Part shown: piece after piece, positions 40,820 through 55,201 of the stretch
How positions within the stretch are numbered: position 1 is the first letter of the stretch
Layout of the letters: each line of letters opens with the position of its first letter
Assembly: GCA_964016885.1 (NCBI GenBank)
Contig: OZ024745.1
Span: forward strand, 66,526,001-66,590,000
Direction of reading: 5' to 3'
Origin: Eledone cirrhosa
Taxonomy: Eukaryota
DNA: 64,000 nt
The notes under the pieces: generated by a model
The model's database searches: none
What the model saw: the letters and a program-made list of their open reading frames with translations, nothing else
Told to the model about the DNA's origin: nothing
Made by a program: the position numbers and the translations under genes

Positions 40820-42280
40820 ATTTTAAGACTAATATCCAAGGAGGGATCGATAAGGATAGATATATAAAAGATGTTAGATAGAATTATACCTGAAATTAGA
40901 AGCTTGGCCCCTCTGGCACTGTGGAACAATTCTTTCCCGGTGATTGATTGGTTCAATGACATAGGCAACAAGGAACATTGCCGTTTTATCCAATTCGACA
41001 TATATATAATTACTACTCCTCCATCACTTTACCTCCGTAAGTCGGTGATTAATTTCGACGACTCTATTTGGATAAAAGAATCTAACAGTCCCCCATTCGA
41101 CGTGAGTATTGGCGCCAGCGATTCGGCGGAGGTTACTGATCTTATCAGCCTTTTCCTTCTTTTCTCTATCAAGGAAGAATTCCCTAATATGGGCGGTGGT
41201 TTGTACCGTTATGACAGTCTTTTGACCATGACACGCGCGGCCCACGCGCTTGCGACAGGTTCAGAAAAGAACTCACAGCCTTCATTAAAGGCTTCAATCT
41301 CTCCATACAGGTTGAAGCCAACCTCTCGGTCGTTAATTACCTCGACTTTACCCTCAATTTGTCGAATGGTTTGCACTACCCGCATAGAAAGCCGAATGAT
41401 ACGCTTTATTACATAAGTGAGCATTCTAACCACCCTGCCAGCATAACCAAGAACCTGGTACGAAACGTTTCCTTGAGGCTTTCCTTTCTATCTACAAACG
41501 AGCATATTTTCACCGACCATTCCACATATTACAATGAAGCTCTTACTCGGAGTGGATTTGTCGATAAGGTAGCATATATAAGGTTAAGCATAGACCAAGG
41601 AAAAATAGATCCCGACGCATTATATGGTATAACCCAGCATATTATATGGAAGTGGCCACACCATTAACTAAAATCTTTCTCTCCCTTATTAAGAAGCATT
41701 TTCCCTCAGCACATAAATATAATAACATTTTCAATAGAAAATCCCATTAAAATATCTTACTCTACGACTCCTAACCTAGCACATAACATCACTGCTTAAA
41801 ATTTAGCTAAATTACCTAGCCGTAGGAACACGTGCAACCCGGTAGCTAGTACTAACTGTAATTGCAGTAATCAGATTGGCTGCCCTCTATCCAGGAAATG
41901 CCTCTCCAGTAACATTGTCTACAAATGTAACGTCCCATAGGGCCTACATAGGGTTAACCGCCAATAGATTCAAGCAGCGTCTTTAGATACACCCCCATTC
42001 TTTCTTAAGCCTTTAAGAAGGAATATGGCGTCACTTTCAGCTTATATCTGGAATCTAAAAGACAACCACACACAATATAAGTTTACACTGGCAGATCCTA
42101 GCTAAAGGCTAGATCGTATAACGGAAAACACCATGTGATCTTTGCGCCGCTGAAACCCTGGAAATACTCTACGACAATGACCACATCTTGAACAAAAAAT
42201 TGGACGCAATTTCGGCTTGTAAACATAAATTGCATAAAACTTTCCTGTATTACAGCGCCACATTATACCCTAACGGATAG
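40820..42280 (+). mobile_element. PLE-2: decayed Penelope-like retroelement, RT plus GIY-YIG (same clade as PLE-1)
   Basis: LDRIIP..LW.N...VIDWF..FIQFDI, FDVSIGASDSAEVTDL, GGLYRYD (YRDD mutated), SNHP; then NCNC...CPL...CL.SNIVYKC, YIGLTANRFKQR, LSAYIWNLKD, CDLCAAE...LNKK...CKHK; many frameshifts. Confidence 0.92.
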
Positions 42281-43219
42281 TAGGAACAATACGCGGTTAA
42301 TTTACGTCTTGATGTGGTAGCTAAGTATATTTTATGTTTATACCATTACTTATTTGTATAGGTAAGTATATATTACCTGTATGTTTTGTGAAGGTACGTA
42401 TACTTTCTCGTACGTATATTGGCTTGTATTTGTTATAGGTGTATATATCATATTATATATATACACTTTTTATGTATATGTGTACTTTATGTTTTGGTTG
42501 ACGGACGTTTAGTGAACATATGTGTATTTAGCTGTAGGTACGTGTGTGGGTGCGTTATATGCGCATATATGTGTGTATATTTATATACGTTTATATAATT
42601 ATATGTATACATATACGCACACACATATTTTTTTATGTGTATTTTGCGTATACGTTCTATGTGTACGTGTACAGATTTCGCCCGGGTTTATGTAAGTGTG
42701 CGCATGTTTATGTGTACGTGCTTGTTTTTGCACGCATGGCGGGTGTGTTCGCGTTTCCATGTGTATGTACGTATATGGATGCGTGTATGTATATATTTAA
42801 TTATTGTTGATTCCAATAACCTTTGGCATTTTTGTTCTACTAATTTATTTACATTATTATTAACTCTGAAGCCGAGAATCACTCTGTTTCCTAAATAGAA
42901 TATTAGTCTACGACTTCATTTATACCATAAACGTGGTTTTGTCTTTGCGTGTAATTGTTCTCAATGATACACATAATGACGTATTATCTTCGCTTTTTTC
43001 CGATCTTTGCCATGGAACGTTTTCACGAACCAAAATATCGTCTTCCTGTTTTCCTTCGGTTGCAACATTTTTCGAAATATTTACTTCTGCGTTCACAGAT
43101 TGATTTTTTTTAGTTCCAGAAGATCCCGTTAAGGAGCGATTCTTTGCTTAAACTTTAATCTGTTATTTTAATAAATATATATATATATATAAAAAAGTTA
43201 GTACAGCATAATCGAAGCG

Positions 43220-43298
<79 letters not shown>

Positions 43299-43306
<8 letters not shown>

Positions 43307-44241
43307 ATACTTTGGGAGGGTCATGTTGCCAATAAGAAACACACACACCAGTTGCTTTCACTCCAGTTTATTATAAATTAAATTATAAATTAAAAAAAAA
43401 GATTATAAATTTTTAAAAAATTTTAAATATATAGATTTCCGGTTGGTTGGTTGGTTCCACAACCGGACGGTTGTTCATATATTGTCATAGTTCTTTCGTC
43501 ACACATTCTGTGACCTATTCAGTGATTGGGGATTCTTTTCTTTGTTTTGTGCCTCTCCTTTGTTCTGTCCTACGCCATCAAGTTTTTCTTAGTTTGCGCA
43601 TGTGTTACATCCGGGTGTCTGTGTGTTTTTATTTGTTTATTTATTTGTTTATTTACATGTTACTGGTTGGTTGTTTGTTCTATATGTGTGTGTTTTCATT
43701 TTGTCCTTAATTGTAAGTTGTGGTGTTGCTATTCCATTCATGTTTTCTATTTAATTTTGGTCGGATTTCATTTATGTTTATTGGCTCTGTGATTTGTCTA
43801 AACATTGCGTCTTTTCTGTGCGTAGATTTTATTTTTATTTCTATGTTCTCTAATTTGCCCTTATGTTCTATTTTAGCATCTTGGTGGAGTACTGATGATT
43901 CTTTTCTATCTTGAAGCTCTCGCCAGTGTTAATTTAATCGTTCTCCTATACTACGAGCTGTCTCACCTATGTACACTATATTCTTATCTTTATATTGTCC
44001 TTCAGTACATCTTATGCTATATACTATGTTTATAGTTTTACAGTTAATATGGGGGCTAAGTTTACAGATTATGCATTTCTTGTCTATACAGGGAGGTCTT
44101 TGAAAAGGGTATGTATTACTAATAAGTGTTTTATGGAGGTACCTGCTCTTTCCACTATCTTAATATTTAGTTTAAGTTTATTTAAATATTAAGATAGTAG
44201 AAAGACGAGGTACCTCCATAAAACACTTATTGGTAATGCAT
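43299..44241 (-). mobile_element. PLE-3: 3' fragment of a Neptune-like PLE (Cys-rich linker, GIY-YIG, pLTR) with a fold-back at its 5' break
   Basis: Manual translation of 44170->43707: KIVERAGTSIKHLL / PFQRPPCIDKKCIICK...NCKTINIVYSIRC...YIGETARSIGERLN*H...RQITE...LNRKHEW; not in the ORF track because of stops; clade call is from motif recall. Confidence 0.9.
43484..43525 (-). ncRNA. Hammerhead motif in the PLE-3 pLTR with core mutation (CTGAATA)
   Basis: TCA-CTGAATA-G-GTCACA(GAATG)TGTGAC-GAAA-GAAC-TA-TGA; homolog of 29490..29534. Confidence 0.72.
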
Positions 44242-44608
44242 CCTACGTTTGGAGGAATGGGGCGCATGCATGGGATAAAATGCGTATATTGTATGACTAG
44301 CCTAGGGCGCGAAATAATTTGGCGTAGGTGCTGATAGTACCCCACACCAATAACCGATCTCGGATATTCTGCTAAGGTCATAGTCACAGCCCTTTCCCCT
44401 CTCACTAAGACATTAAAATAGCAAATGGTTTGTAACAGCGGCAAGAAGCAAATTACAGCCTCGAAGGAGTTGCTAATATATTTTACTGGATAGCAATCAA
44501 CTTATTCAATGGAAAGAGTTTTTGTTAATATTTTCGTTATTTTACATGATTTTTCCATGCTGCTTGGCGAGAAGGAATTTTGTTTGAGCATCATTTTATT
44601 GGCAGTAG

Positions 44609-44748
44609 CGGTAGAGGGTCGTCCCTTTACGATCTGAGTTCAAATCCTGCCGAGGTTGACTTTGCCTTTCATCCTTACGGGGTCGATAAAATAAAGTACC
44701 AGTAATGCACTGGGTATTTGCTGGCCTTGTGCCTAAAGTAGAAACCAT
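44609..44748 (+). mobile_element. SINE family A, young subfamily
   Basis: Near identity to the copies at 25975 and 22150. Confidence 0.88.
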
Positions 44749-45544
44749 TTTAAATAGATTGTTTTCAAAGTATGTATGTATATGAGAGTGCGTATACCCA
44801 CATTTATCTATGGAATAGCTGTCTTTTATCAATCAGGCAAGGCTGTGTAACCATACAACATCTTTAGTAAAATGTGAGCAAGTGGTCTTTACGTAGGTGT
44901 CTTCTAAAGTGGGAAGAATATGATATGCTTCCATTATCTCAAATAATTGATTTTACTATATTTGTGTATTTTTTCTTTGAATTTCTAATAATTTCATTTT
45001 ACACTCCTGTCTCAGAACGTCAGCTTTAGGTAATAAATTAACCAAAATATGTAATGAATTACTGAAAATGTTAGAAATGCAACAACGTTTGTGTTTTCTC
45101 TTCTAGTTTTTATTTGTTTTCTTGTCTTTCGCGCAATAATTAGATTATTTCAAAACACTTCTAATTATTTCAAAACCGTATGAACTGCAATGTAACTCCG
45201 GGCTCCATCATTTCAGTAGAAGCCGATCCAGAAGACTCCGCTTGCCAAGACCATCGTTTACTTCCATGCGGCCTGAAGGTCTGACTATTCATATCCTATT
45301 ATTGGTTTTGTATTTTTTGTCACTTACCAAAAGGATCTCACCCAACCTCAGATTCCCTTTCCTGTCACTCTTCAATTATGATGGTTCTTAATCTCCAAAT
45401 AGAAGCGCTTTACTAAGAATTTAACCAAGATATTTATTCATTTGGTAATTGTCTGTAATCCATGTGCTGTAATCCATATCATCACTAAAGGCTGCTGCAC
45501 ACATGAGTTAAATCTCCTACCCCCCCCCCCCCTACCTCCTCCAA

Positions 45545-46230
45545 GAAACTAGCAGCGTATACCCACCAAAGGTTGCAGTAAGTCCCATTCCAAAAAAGGG
45601 ACACTTTTTTAACGCTGCCGACTATTACTCTATTGTACTCATTTCCAATATTTCATAGGTAATGAAGACAGCAGTTCACAATAACATTTTCCAACAGCAT
45701 GAAACTTAATGATCAACAAAACTATTTCAACTGGAGATCTACGTGTCTTTACCATTTACCAGTGGACTTTCACTTTAGAGAAATTTGGTAAAACAACAAT
45801 GTTGTTGATCTCAACACCAGCAAAGGTTTTGGACGTGTCTGGTATACGAATTTTCTCAAACTACCCACTTATGTGCTCCATCCATGGATCAGATCACACT
45901 ATAACAACTTGTATTGACGATTCTCTCTTACGTATTTTATGCAAGCCGGTGTGTTGCAGGGTTACGTTTTGTCTCTCATACTCTTCGATATTCCATTAAA
46001 GAAGAGACATAAAATTGTGTGTTCAAATCAAGTCGACCTCACTTTTGGTATTGCTTCTCTGAATCTAATGAAGATAGTAACCCTTTTGGTAGCAAACAAA
46101 TTGACGTTGGTCCAAGGTCTATGATAAAATTATTCATTTTACAGTGTCTATATTTATCTAAACATTCCATCATAACTTCGCATGAGAAACCTTGTTATCT
46201 TATGTTCCTAACACTTGCTTAATAACGGGA
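45545..46230 (+). mobile_element. Degenerate CR1/Jockey-group LINE RT fragment
   Basis: PIPKKG..., STGDL, MQAGVLQGYVLSLILF (GVPQGSxLSP-like) across frameshifts. Confidence 0.7.
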
Positions 46231-46840
46231 AATTTAATATTTTAGTAAACTCCTCCAAATTCTTGATATTTGAATCTCATTAGAAATGTGGTAATGAAAG
46301 AGTAACGTTAAAATGTTAGTCTAACAGACTGCTTCATTTTAAAATCTGCGCAGTACTGAAGGCAGTTATTTCCTTTTCAGTATGTATCTTAAATAGATAT
46401 CACACAGTATTTAAAAAAAATTAAAACTACAATTTAAAGTTTCTCGAATATCTTGGAATAGTTTACTAGTCGTGAGGAATTATAAGAGATGCCAGACTTA
46501 TGGAACTTAAATCTTATTAAATACAGAATAAACTGCATTTCACATGATTTATGATTCAACAGTCTATATTATTATATATATTGCTTTAAATACTTATAGG
46601 AGTATTTAGCCAAATCGGATTGCTTGAAGAAGTTTAATTCTTTAGTGAACTACAAATGCAGATGAATTTAATGCCATTAACACCATCATTTGTTTCGTCA
46701 TATATTCCGCGCAGAAATAATGTCTATAGACATGTTATTCGAATTGCATTTAAAAGGTATGTCGAATATATATATGTATAGTGGGTGTGTGTATGTATAT
46801 GAATGTGTGAGTGTGCATGCACATATATGTGTATGTATGC

Positions 46841-46913
<73 letters not shown>

Positions 46914-47163
46914 TGCGTGTGCGTAAGCATGTAAATATATATATATTGATAGTCGATCGACTTTCGTCAAAACAGACCGAGGAAACAATGTTTCCATTGG
47001 GCTTTCCAATTGCTAATACTATCTATCGGTCGCAACTCCAGGTAAAAGGAGCAAAGAGAAGTAAAGTTTCTTGCCCAAGGACATAACGCATCACCCGGTA
47101 TGGGAATCGAATTCACGACAACGCGATATATATATATATATATATGTAAGTATGCGCCTGCGG

Positions 47164-47266
<103 letters not shown>

Positions 47267-47444
47267 TGTTTGTGTGTGTGTATGTGCATGTATGAATATC
47301 TGAATATACGATTTTATTGATCTGTCTATATTGCTGCCATTATCCGTAGTTTTTGCACTAAATGTATCAATAAAGACAGCTGGACATGAATGTATATTCA
47401 TATTATGTGCACACATTCTGCAGTTGTTGTCATTAATTTATTGG

Positions 47445-47960
47445 GTATTCGAGTGGCACAATAATTTCAAAGACGACCCTAAGAGCGGAAGTCCTTTAAT
47501 GAGCAGGACTGAGGCCTGCGCTGAGTGTATGAGGCATGTGGTGCGTAGCGACTTTTGGTTGGCTGTTTAACTGATCGCAAGTGAGCTGGGCATAAAACCA
47601 GGACAGCGTTTGGAAGGTTATCATGGACGATTTGGGCATGCGGAAGAACTCCGCGAAGATGTTGCCGAAGCTGCTGAACGCTGACCAGAAGGAGCGGCGT
47701 ATGCAAGTTTGTCAGGACATCGTCAAGCGTCTTGAAACCGAACCAGACCTGTCGGGGGAAAGTAATCACCTGTGATGAATCATGGATCTTCAAGAACGAT
47801 CCTGAGACCAAGAACCAGAACATCCAGCGAACCCTGACGACGGAGCTGCAGAGAAGGATGGAAAAGACATGAGGGGCGTTATCTTGAAGGGGAAACTTGT
47901 AGTTTGGATTTGAAATATTATTTTTGCGACCCCAATCCTGTTTCTTTTCTGACACACTGC

Positions 47961-47961
<1 letters not shown>
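47445..47961 (+). mobile_element. Mariner-type transposase remnant with right terminus
   Basis: VFEWH..FK..DDPKSGSP...IASELGI...DLGMRK.SAKMLPKLLNADQKERRMQVC...KVITCDESWIF..DPETK.Q; ends TTCTGACACACTGCG-TA. Confidence 0.9.
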
Positions 47962-48010
<49 letters not shown>

Positions 48011-48275
48011 GGAAAAAATGAAACGAAATTTCATTTCTCATTCTGAGCACGGCTGTTATTTAAATATAAGTATGTATACGTACATACATATATGTATACT
48101 GACTTACAGTAGTATGTATATATATATATACATACATGCACACATATATATATGTATGTATGGATATACCGAACATTTATTATAATGCTCGGTGTGTTTG
48201 TAAACAAATATCCCGAATTAAGCCGGACAGTGTTTAGCAACCATCGTTGCCCTTTCGTTCAACAATGACAAAGCA

Positions 48276-48318
48276 ACGATGTACTAGTTTCAAGCTTATT
48301 AGCTATCGTCAGCACCGT
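48276..48318 (-). ncRNA. Minimal type I hammerhead, array copy 1
   Basis: ACGGTG-CTGACGA-TAGCTAATAAGCTT-GAAA-CTAG-TA-CATCGT. Confidence 0.88.
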
Positions 48319-48705
48319 ATACCTTCCTGCCAGATGATTGAACGTCTGAAAGTATGTACTTTCCTTATACATATTTACGGCTGAGCAGCCTAATTTGCAT
48401 ATCGAGTGAGTTAATCGGCCGGGCGCACCGAACACGATAAATGGAAAAAATGAAACGAAATTTCATTTCTCATTCTTAGTACGGCTGTCATTTAAATATA
48501 AGTATGTATACGTACATACATATATGTATACTGACGTACAGTAGTATGTATATATATATACATACATGCACATATATATATATGTACGTATGGATATACC
48601 GAACATTTATTATAATGCTCGGTGTGTTTGTAAACAAATATCCCGAATTAAGCCGGACAGTGTTTAGCAACCATCGTTGCCCTTTTGTTCAACAATGACA
48701 AAGGA

Positions 48706-48748
48706 ACGATGTACTAGTTTCAAGCTTATTAGCTATCGTCAGCACCGT
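48706..48748 (-). ncRNA. Minimal type I hammerhead, array copy 2
   Basis: Identical motif 430 bp away. Confidence 0.88.
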
Positions 48749-49082
48749 ATACCTTCCTGCCAGATGATTGAACGTCTGAAAGTATGTACTTTCCTTATAC
48801 ATATTTACGGCTGAGCAGCCTAATTTGCATATCGAGTGAGTTAATCGGCCGGGCGCACCGAACACGATAAATGGAAAAAATGAAACGAAATTTCATTTCT
48901 CATTCTTAGTACGGCTGTTATTTAAATATAAGTATGTATACGTACATACATATATGTATACTGACGTAGAGTAGTATGTATATACCGAACATTTATTATA
49001 ATGCTCGGTGTGTTTGTAAACAAATATCCCGAATTAAGCCGCACAGTGTTTAGCAACCATCGTTTCCCGTTTGTTCAACACT

Positions 49083-49151
<69 letters not shown>

Positions 49152-49826
49152 ATGTGTGTGTAAGTGTGTATATCCATATATATATATATATATATATATG
49201 CATTACATATATCTGTCGCATGTGGTTGACAAGCGTTTTGTTGCTCATAAAATTCCTCTTTAAATCTCTAATTTCATTGTTTAAAAACAGTTTCACATTT
49301 TCTTAAAGGAAAGTTTATATCTATGAATGTTTGTAAGGCCTAATTTGATAAGAGGTTCTTTATTTTCTGATAATTCTCGTATATATTTTAATACTCTAAA
49401 TTCTTTTTTCCAGATGCGTTTGTTAAAACTTCCGAACCAACCTGGAAAAAGAATTTTCTAACTGCAAGCTAAATACTATTTATCGTATTTCGATATCGTA
49501 TATGCCTCAAATATATTTTTTCCACGTGCGTGTGTTGAAAGTTTAATTCACCGTCTAAGTAGAAATGTATTATTATTTTTACTTAAAATCAGAATCAGCG
49601 TAGCAAAAATATTTACTAACTAGTTTTTTGTTATATATTTATTTAATCGCTATTAATTTATTTAAAATCGGCAATTCTCCTTATTTATTCATTTAAAATT
49701 CGAGGCATATAAATACTAAAAACTTATTATTTTCACTTATTTTATTTATTTATTTGAATTTGAAATATGGATATAACTAATGTATTTTAAGAGGAGAGGA
49801 GAAAAATATTTATTTAATATCTTTCG

Positions 49827-49909
<83 letters not shown>

Positions 49910-52275
49910 TGTGTGTGTGTGCGTGTGTGCGTGTGTGTGCGCATGTATGTGTTCGTGTGTGTGTGTTCACATGTGTGTGCATGCATAGAGAAAATCTTAT
50001 CATTCTTCGATATCTCCCGAACTTTCACTATCTAACCTTGCCTATTTCATTCTCTCCCTGAATCTCTCTTTCCTTGTGTTTCCCTTCCAGTTATCTCCAT
50101 TCTCCCCTCTCTCCTGTTCCCTAGTTTTCTTTTTCTCGTTATCTCCTTGTCTCCCTATAAAATTACGTCTCATAAGATTTATATGATTCCCAACGAAAAG
50201 GACCACATTAAGGAAAACAATGCATATAAAAAAACCAATGAAATTGGAAAACTGATAAATTAGAGGCAATGCTTAAAGCCTGGAATCTGACCGATGGTTA
50301 CCGCCAAATTGCGGGGTCACTGAACGCTACTGCCTTTTGAGAACAATGTCACAAATAAATAGAAAAAACGAAATTTTTCGCACCTATACCATTATATAGC
50401 TCCACATGTAATTGCTGAGTTATATCCCGAAGAAGGAAGAGACTAAAGAAAATGAATATTGTCAGGACGGGTCCACGAAGACCCGGAGGGACGTGAGAGC
50501 CGTCGCCAATCAGGTAGCCTGCAACACAGGCAATGGCATTGTAAACAAGCCAAGTGAATACAATGACAATTCTAGAACACGGCAAAGGTAAAACAAGGAG
50601 CCGTTAGGTGTACCCTGATAAAAAAGATGGAAAACTGTTAATGCCAAGACAAAAGAGAAGTAGAAGAAACAGCCACTGGAAAAAAGAAAAACTCAACTAC
50701 TCTGTAACTTGGGACCAACTTGCATGGAGAAGAAGAGATAGGATGTAGATTCGCTCATCCCAGACCCTATGTATGCCGCGATCAACCTGCTTATCCCAAA
50801 TACTCCAACCGAAAGCAGCACGGGCAAACAATACTTCTTCTTGAGTCATCCCTCAATGGAATATGAAGCATTTACATTTGCCTTTTCTAATTGTTAGAAT
50901 ATATGCGGCATGCCACACCTTCATACTTATTGATTTCTCCACTAACTGGAGCAAAATAACTCACAAGAAATATGCTGATATTGCACATAGAGCCTCGATG
51001 AAAATGAGACAGTATACAAATCAGTACAGATTGTAGAAGCGGAGCAACAATATTTTTTAGACATAGCAAAAAAGATTGTATGAGGATTGAGTTGGCTACA
51101 TCAGATACATACTTAAAATCAAGACCACCACAAATAAAGAACCCAGGGTGGCCACCACTGACATCCATCCAAATACCATATCTGCGGTCTCTGCTGATAC
51201 ACAAACTGTCACACCTGTGCTACTGATAAATATCAGAGTCCTGGTAAAACTTATTATATTAATACCTTACAGCGATCTGTTGATGTGTAATAATATTAAG
51301 TTTATATATGCAAAATATCTGTACAAATATCGCTTTATCATTTTGTACATCGATTGGAGTTGAAAAGGCATTTCAGTAATACATCTGAATATTAATAATA
51401 TGCTGAGAATTTAGATTTTCTATGTTTTCTATTAATTGTTAATTCAGCAAAGGAAGAAGAATCTACAGAGCAGATTAAGTTGCTAGAAATAGCAGCCAAA
51501 CTTTTACAGTGTCTTAAAAATTAAAGGCACATGTGTCAATAGAAATTTATATATACAAATAGGAGTGGAAACGAATAGAATGCTTTTGATTATAGCTCTA
51601 CTCGATAAAGGCTGATCTGGTGTTAAACAAAATAACTAGTATCAAATAATTAATGATATCATGTATCAAGAAATATTAAGATAAATATGTTGACATATGC
51701 ATTATGAAAAACAAAGCTGCAATTCTAATTCATAACCAATATTCTCGTCTAGTTTTGTGTAAAAACAGGTTAAAGTTCAACGACTTCTTCATCTATCTAT
51801 ATTCATTGAAACCGTAGATCTATCTTAAGCACGATTCTACTTATAGCGATATATGACCAAATCAATAATGAAAGCACTCAATTCGTTGATGTTACCTTGA
51901 CACGCCATCTTAATCTACTTACATAGTCTGCTGTATATGAATCATAGTAATGAAAACGGTACAGTGTTGTTGACATAAGCAATAGCCCATGATATATGTC
52001 ACTAAAACAGCTCTTGTATTTTGTTATTAATATTAAACTAGCGGGATCAAACCAAAATAATATATTTCTATCGTAATAGATTGTGAAAAATACTGTTCTC
52101 ATCACTTATATAATATTTAGAATTTCTGATCATTTTTCATAGAATCTGGCAATCATATAATTTCGGATCGATGTGATAGACTAAAACCCCTTCTTGTGAG
52201 TAAAATGTATAAAAAGTATCATTTTTACTGTCCAAATTTGATTACCTAACATTATAAAATAGTGTTAAAATAGTG

Positions 52276-52492
52276 GTTTCTTATATAAGCACAAGGCCAG
52301 CAATTTTGGGGGAGGGCAAAGTCGATTAAATCGACCCCAGTGCGTGACTGGTACTTTATTTTATCGACCCCGTAAGGATGAAAGGCAAAGTTAACCTCGG
52401 CGGGATTTGAACTCAGATCATAAAGGGCCGTAACTCTATACTGCAAAGCATGGCGTCCGACCTTCTACCGATACTGCCAGTCCACCACCCTC
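52276..52492 (-). mobile_element. Full-length SINE family A with 19-bp TSD
   Basis: A-box-like TGGCAGTATCGG, B-box GTTCAAATCC; AAATAGTGTTAAAATAGTG at 52257-52275 and 52493-52511. Confidence 0.92.
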
Positions 52493-53424
52493 AAATAGTG
52501 TTAAAATAGTGCTATGTGATTCATAAGAAACCGCTCTCTTTCTTTCACCTCATATTGATCTTTGATGAGTAGTTAGTAGTTTAATTTAAACCATTCAGAT
52601 TAAATTTGACGTCCAAATGTATTTAAGGATCGTATTGGTATACCAATTTCCACGTAACAAATTGAATATGATAAAAATGGAAATATACCAATTGACTTCT
52701 CATTATCTTAAACTGAAATTTGATTTGTGGTTTTAGCATTTTAAACTTCAATAAAATATGTCCCAAGCTAATTAGCTTGAAAAGCAGCCAATAAATGAAG
52801 TTGTAAAGTGATTACGATTCAATAAAATCGGTTCGTAGAACACAGCTATTTTCCTCTCACATTATATTACATTAAACATTCTAATCATAAAAGTTTAGAC
52901 ACTTGTGAAAAAGTGTGAATGTTAACATGGCTATAACCATCACCACATCTCATCATAATTGATAAATAGGTCCCTTGCTTTTCCTAGCATTTATTGAATT
53001 TGGTTCAAAAGGTCAGAATTTAATTGTTGAAGAGTTGAACTCTTGCGTTAGTTTTGCACGTTCCTTAACAGATATGGCTTGAAATATTAACGGAAATGAC
53101 TAACAGTTCACTTATTCAGCTGAAAGCACAAATACACACACAGAGACACGCTCACGCGCGCACATACGCATACACGCCCCCACGCACGCACGCACAGAAT
53201 ATTCACCCTTAATGGTACTGTCCGGTCATCAAATTTAACGTCGAGATTTTACGCATCTTTCTCTGTCTCTCACTTCATATATAAATATATAAATTTGTTT
53301 ACCCAGCCAGCGGAATAGCCCCTATGTCACTCAATGAGACATAAGATTTTCAGCTGCACCTGCCATTCATAGTGGTTATATCGTACATGAATTCTCAACC
53401 ACTTCTACATCGCTTCACCGGTAG

Positions 53425-53508
<84 letters not shown>

Positions 53509-55120
53509 AATGAATATATAAGAAGACAAGTTTTCAACTTTTTTTTATTAGATAATCTCCTGTTATACGTATTTCCGTGATGTCCACCAATTGTTACGTA
53601 ATGAAAATGTTAATTGTAATTTAAGCGGAAGCATGTTATAAGTAAACAATCTTGATGATATGAAGACAGACGGAACTCCGATGTTGCTAGTTACACATTC
53701 AGTCCCTATATGGTACAAGAATCATTGTTTTCTCTTTCCGTGTTGGTGGACGTCCTGTGAATGTAGTGATCTATTCGAAACCGCTTTCAACTCTTTACTA
53801 TGCTTTTGCAAATGTTTTCTGTCCTACGTCTCGATTAATGGGAATTCTGACAGACATATCTTTAACAGTCCACTCATCATTCGCAAGACGCTTGTGATAA
53901 CAAATTCGAATGTTGACACCACGATCATCAACTTGGACTTCGCTAATTAAACAATTCTTTCTTTTCTAGTTGGTTGAATGGCTGACTCTTATCAGATTTA
54001 TAGTTTTGGTTTGTCTCTCTTATTAATATGGTATCCATTTAAATGATGTTATGGGTGGGGATATGTCCATTTATAGTTAATTTAGGCATAATGCTTTAGT
54101 AAATAATATAGTTTATAAAGTGCAAAATATGGAATATAAATATATAGGGATGGGAGAGTTTACAACACATAGGTTGAAACAACGTAGGAATACACAGAAT
54201 GGTCATCAACTAGGTAGAAATGTGATATATCTGGAATAATTGATATGTAGATGCCTCCAGGTCATTTGACAGACGGCTACCATATTTTATGCTGAAGGAT
54301 CTTTGTCTGATATGTAACACATGTCAAACATCAGTACAGAAATTAGGAGAAAAGATATTAACACAAAATATTCTAACACTAAAACTTGTTACAGTGATTG
54401 TTTTCATCTTCACCTAATGAATATGAAAATAAGTTGAAAACTCAATGATTGGTTTTGTAAAGAATTTTTCACAGATGTCAGCTTCTAAAATAAATAGGTA
54501 AATAAATACAGCAAAATAAGAATAAATGAAACAATCATTAATTGAATGCAAAGAAACATATTTGGGGAAAGATAACCGTATTCGTTTTCTCGAAAATGAA
54601 AAAAATGTTACTCATTCCTGCATTTATTTATGGAGAAATCAATATACCATGTAAACAGTGTTCTTAAAGTACCGAGGCAAGAAGCCGAAGAGATAGGACC
54701 TGGAAAGAATCACAATCAATCAATACAAGCATTAATGGCTACGGTCGTATGAAAGCTTTCTATGTCTGGAAATAAAAAAATAAAATTCGGTTTCCAAGAA
54801 GGTTTTACGCAGATGTGCTAAAGGAGAAATGGACTGTTTTTTATTTTTTATTTTTTAGTTTTTTTTTTAGGTTCTGCATCTTCCTTGAAGAAACATAACT
54901 GGAAATGAAAGTTTAGTTTGCTGTTAAAATATCTCGGACATATAAGCCTGCGATCTTCTGGGAAAGTTCGTAAAAATCTCTGTTCTAGATCAGAGGAGTT
55001 TGAGCTTATCCTTGATTGTAATTCGTTTTTCCTTTTACAGGATTTTCAAGGTTTTCCATTTCCTTTTCCATGGGTTTTTTTGCCTTCAAACGCTACGATG
55101 ATCAATTTCAGTTTCCATAT

Positions 55121-55196
<76 letters not shown>

Positions 55197-55201
<5 letters not shown>

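Larger units (their letters stand above)
48005..49086 (-). repeat. Tandem array of about 430-bp units (about 2.5 copies) with one hammerhead per full unit
   Basis: Units start at 48005, 48437 and 48867; homologous (inverted) to 40480-40770; flanked by (TA)n. Confidence 0.93.

Noticed and set aside
50330-51230. GC-richer block with GCRFAHP (CCCH-like), possibly LINE ORF1
   Set aside because: Only one short motif with no continuous frame; cannot be classified by eye
51878-52105. Protein-like short ORFs here and at 57498-57680
   Set aside because: No recognisable motif or splice support; consistent with random AT-rich ORFs
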